Shown here in pieces: positions 62,031-64,000 of a stretch of DNA of 64,000 nt. The DNA comes from the human T2T-CHM13v2.0 reference genome, Homo sapiens. Within the stretch, counting starts at the first letter, position 1; the number at the start of each line of letters is the position of its first letter. Below the pieces are notes generated by a model. The model saw only the letters and a list, made by a program, of their open reading frames with translations, was not told the DNA's origin and searched no databases. The stretch lies in assembly GCF_009914755.1 (NCBI RefSeq), contig NC_060929.1. One strand, 5' to 3'. Position numbers and translations under genes: made by a program.

Positions 62031-64000
62031 CTGAATTAGTCCATTTTCATGCTGCTGATAAAGACATACCCGAGACTGGGAAGAAAAAGAAGTTTAATTG
62101 AGCTTACATTTCCACATGGCTGGGGAGGCCTCCGAATCATACAGTACAATACATGAGGCCTTGAATCAAACAATTCAAGTTGAGATTTGGGTGGTGGCAC
62201 AGACAAACCATATCATTCCACCCCTGGCCCCTCCAAATCTTATGTCTTCACATTTTAAAACCAATCATCCCTTCCCAACAGTCCCATTTCAGCATTAACC
62301 CAAGAGTCCACAGTCCAAAGTCTCATCTGAGACTAGGCAAGCTGCTTCTGCCTATGAGCCTGTAAAATCAAAAGCAAGCTAGTTACTTCCTAGATACAAT
62401 GGGGGTACAGGTATTGGGAAAATACAGCCATTCCAAATGGGAGAAATTGGCCAAAGCAAAGAGGCTACAGGGCCCAAGCAAGTCCAAAATCCAGCGGGGC
62501 CATCAAATTTTTAAGCTTCAAAGCAATCTCCTTTGACTTCAGGTCTCACATCCAAGTCACACTGATGCAAAAGGTGGGTTCCCATGGTCTTGGGCAGCTC
62601 CACTCCTGTGGCTTTGCAGGGTATAGTCTCCCTCCTGGCTGATTTCCCTGGCTGGCATTGAGTGTCTGTGACTTTTCCAGGTGCACAGTGCAAGCTGTCA
62701 GTGGATCTACAATTCTGGGGTCTGGAGAAAGGTGGCCCTCTACTCACAGCTCCACTAGGCAAAGTCCCAGTAGAGACTCTGTGTGGGGGTTCTGATCCCA
62801 CATTTTCCTCCTCCATTTCCCTAACAGAGGTTCTCCATGATGACCCTGCCCCTGCAGCAAAATTTTGCCTGGGAATCCAGGCGTTTCCATACATCTTCTG
62901 AAATCTAGGCAGAGGTTCCCAAACCTCAGTTCTTGACTTCTGTGCACCTGCAGGCTCAACACCACATAGAAGCTGCCAAGGCTTGGGTCTTGCACCCTCT
63001 GAAGCCACAGCCTGAGCTGTAGATTGTCGCCTTTCAACCACAGCTGGAGCAGCTGGGACACAAGGCACCAAGACCCTAGGCTGCACACAGCAGAGGGACC
63101 CTGGGCCCAGCCCACTAAACTGCTTTTTCCTCCTAGACCTCCAGGCCTGTGATGGGAGGGGCTGCTGTGAAGGTCTTTGACATGGCCTGGAGATGATTTC
63201 CCATGGTCTTGGGGATTAACATTAGGCTCCTCGTCACTTATGCAAATTTCTGCAGCTGGCTTGAATTTCTCCCCAGAAAATGGGTTTTTCTTTTCTATCA
63301 CATTGTCAGGCTGCAAATTTTCCAAACTCTTATTCTCTGTTTCCCTTTTAAAACTAAATGCTTTTAACAGCACCCAAGTCACTTCTTGAGTGCTTTGCTG
63401 CTTAGGATTTTTTTCCATCGGATACCCTAAATCATCTCTCTCAAGTTTAAAATTCCACAAATCTCTAGGGCAGGAGCAAAATGCCACCAGTCTCTTTGCT
63501 AAAATATAACAAGAGTCACTTTTGCTCCAGTTCACAAAAAGTTCCTCATGTCCATCTGAGACCACCTCAGCCCGGACTTTATTGTCCATATTACTATCAG
63601 CATTTTGGGCAAAGCCATTCAACAAGTCTCTAGGAAGTTCCAAACTTTCCCACATTTTCCTGTCTTCTTCTGATCCCTCCAAACTGTTCCAACCTCTGCC
63701 TATTACCCAGTTCCAAAGTCGCTTCCACATTTTCAGGTAGCTTTTCAGCAGTGCCCTACTCTACTGGTAACAATTTACTGTATTAGTCTGTTTTCACACT
63801 GCTGATAAAGGCATTCCCAAGACTGGGAAGAAAAAGAAGTTTAATTGGACTTACACCTCCACATGGCTGGGGAGGCCTCAGAATCATGGGGGGAGGCAAA
63901 AGACACTTCTGACATGGTGGTGGCAAGAGAAAAAGGGGGAAGAAGCAAAAGTGGAAACCCCTGATAAACCCATTAGCTCTCATGAGACTTATTTACTATC
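62031..64000 (-). mobile_element. THE1 (THE1C-like) MaLR provirus: deleted 3' LTR 62031-62215, internal region 62216-63778, 5' LTR from 63779 past the window edge
   Basis: Two similar LTR ends (TG.ATTAGTC..TTTTCA..CTGCTGATAAAG.CAT.CCC.AGACTGGGAAGAAAAAGAAGTTTAATTG) flank a ~1.56-kb THE1 internal region encoding WNSLEGSEEDRKMWESLELPRDLLNGF. Confidence 0.93.

Overview
This is mammalian, almost certainly human, non-coding DNA: it carries an AluYb8-type insertion, a subfamily that expanded in the human lineage. I see no intact protein-coding exon, RNA gene, CRISPR array or prokaryotic system. Most of the window is layered transposable-element sequence. It holds three near full-length L1s of different ages (L1MA2/3-like +, L1PB1-like -, L1PA4-like -), about a dozen Alu elements, MaLR/ERVL LTRs, a THE1 provirus at the right edge, Tigger2- and MER82-like DNA transposons, and MIR/L2 relics. 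Three TSD-flanked processed pseudogenes lie on the + strand within about 20 kb: RPL11, full-length SUGP1, and an internally deleted LRRC59 copy nested in an L1. The best leads are (1) the strikingly CpG-rich SUGP1 retrocopy, which keeps an ORF with a broken G-patch, (2) the deleted or chimeric LRRC59 retrocopy, (3) an Alu with a possible 3' transduction, (4) a 220-bp locally templated insertion, and (5) a nearly intact THE1 internal ORF. I cannot support a new biological system from sequence alone. Subfamily names and parent-gene comparisons come from recalled consensus sequences and need RepeatMasker/BLAST confirmation.
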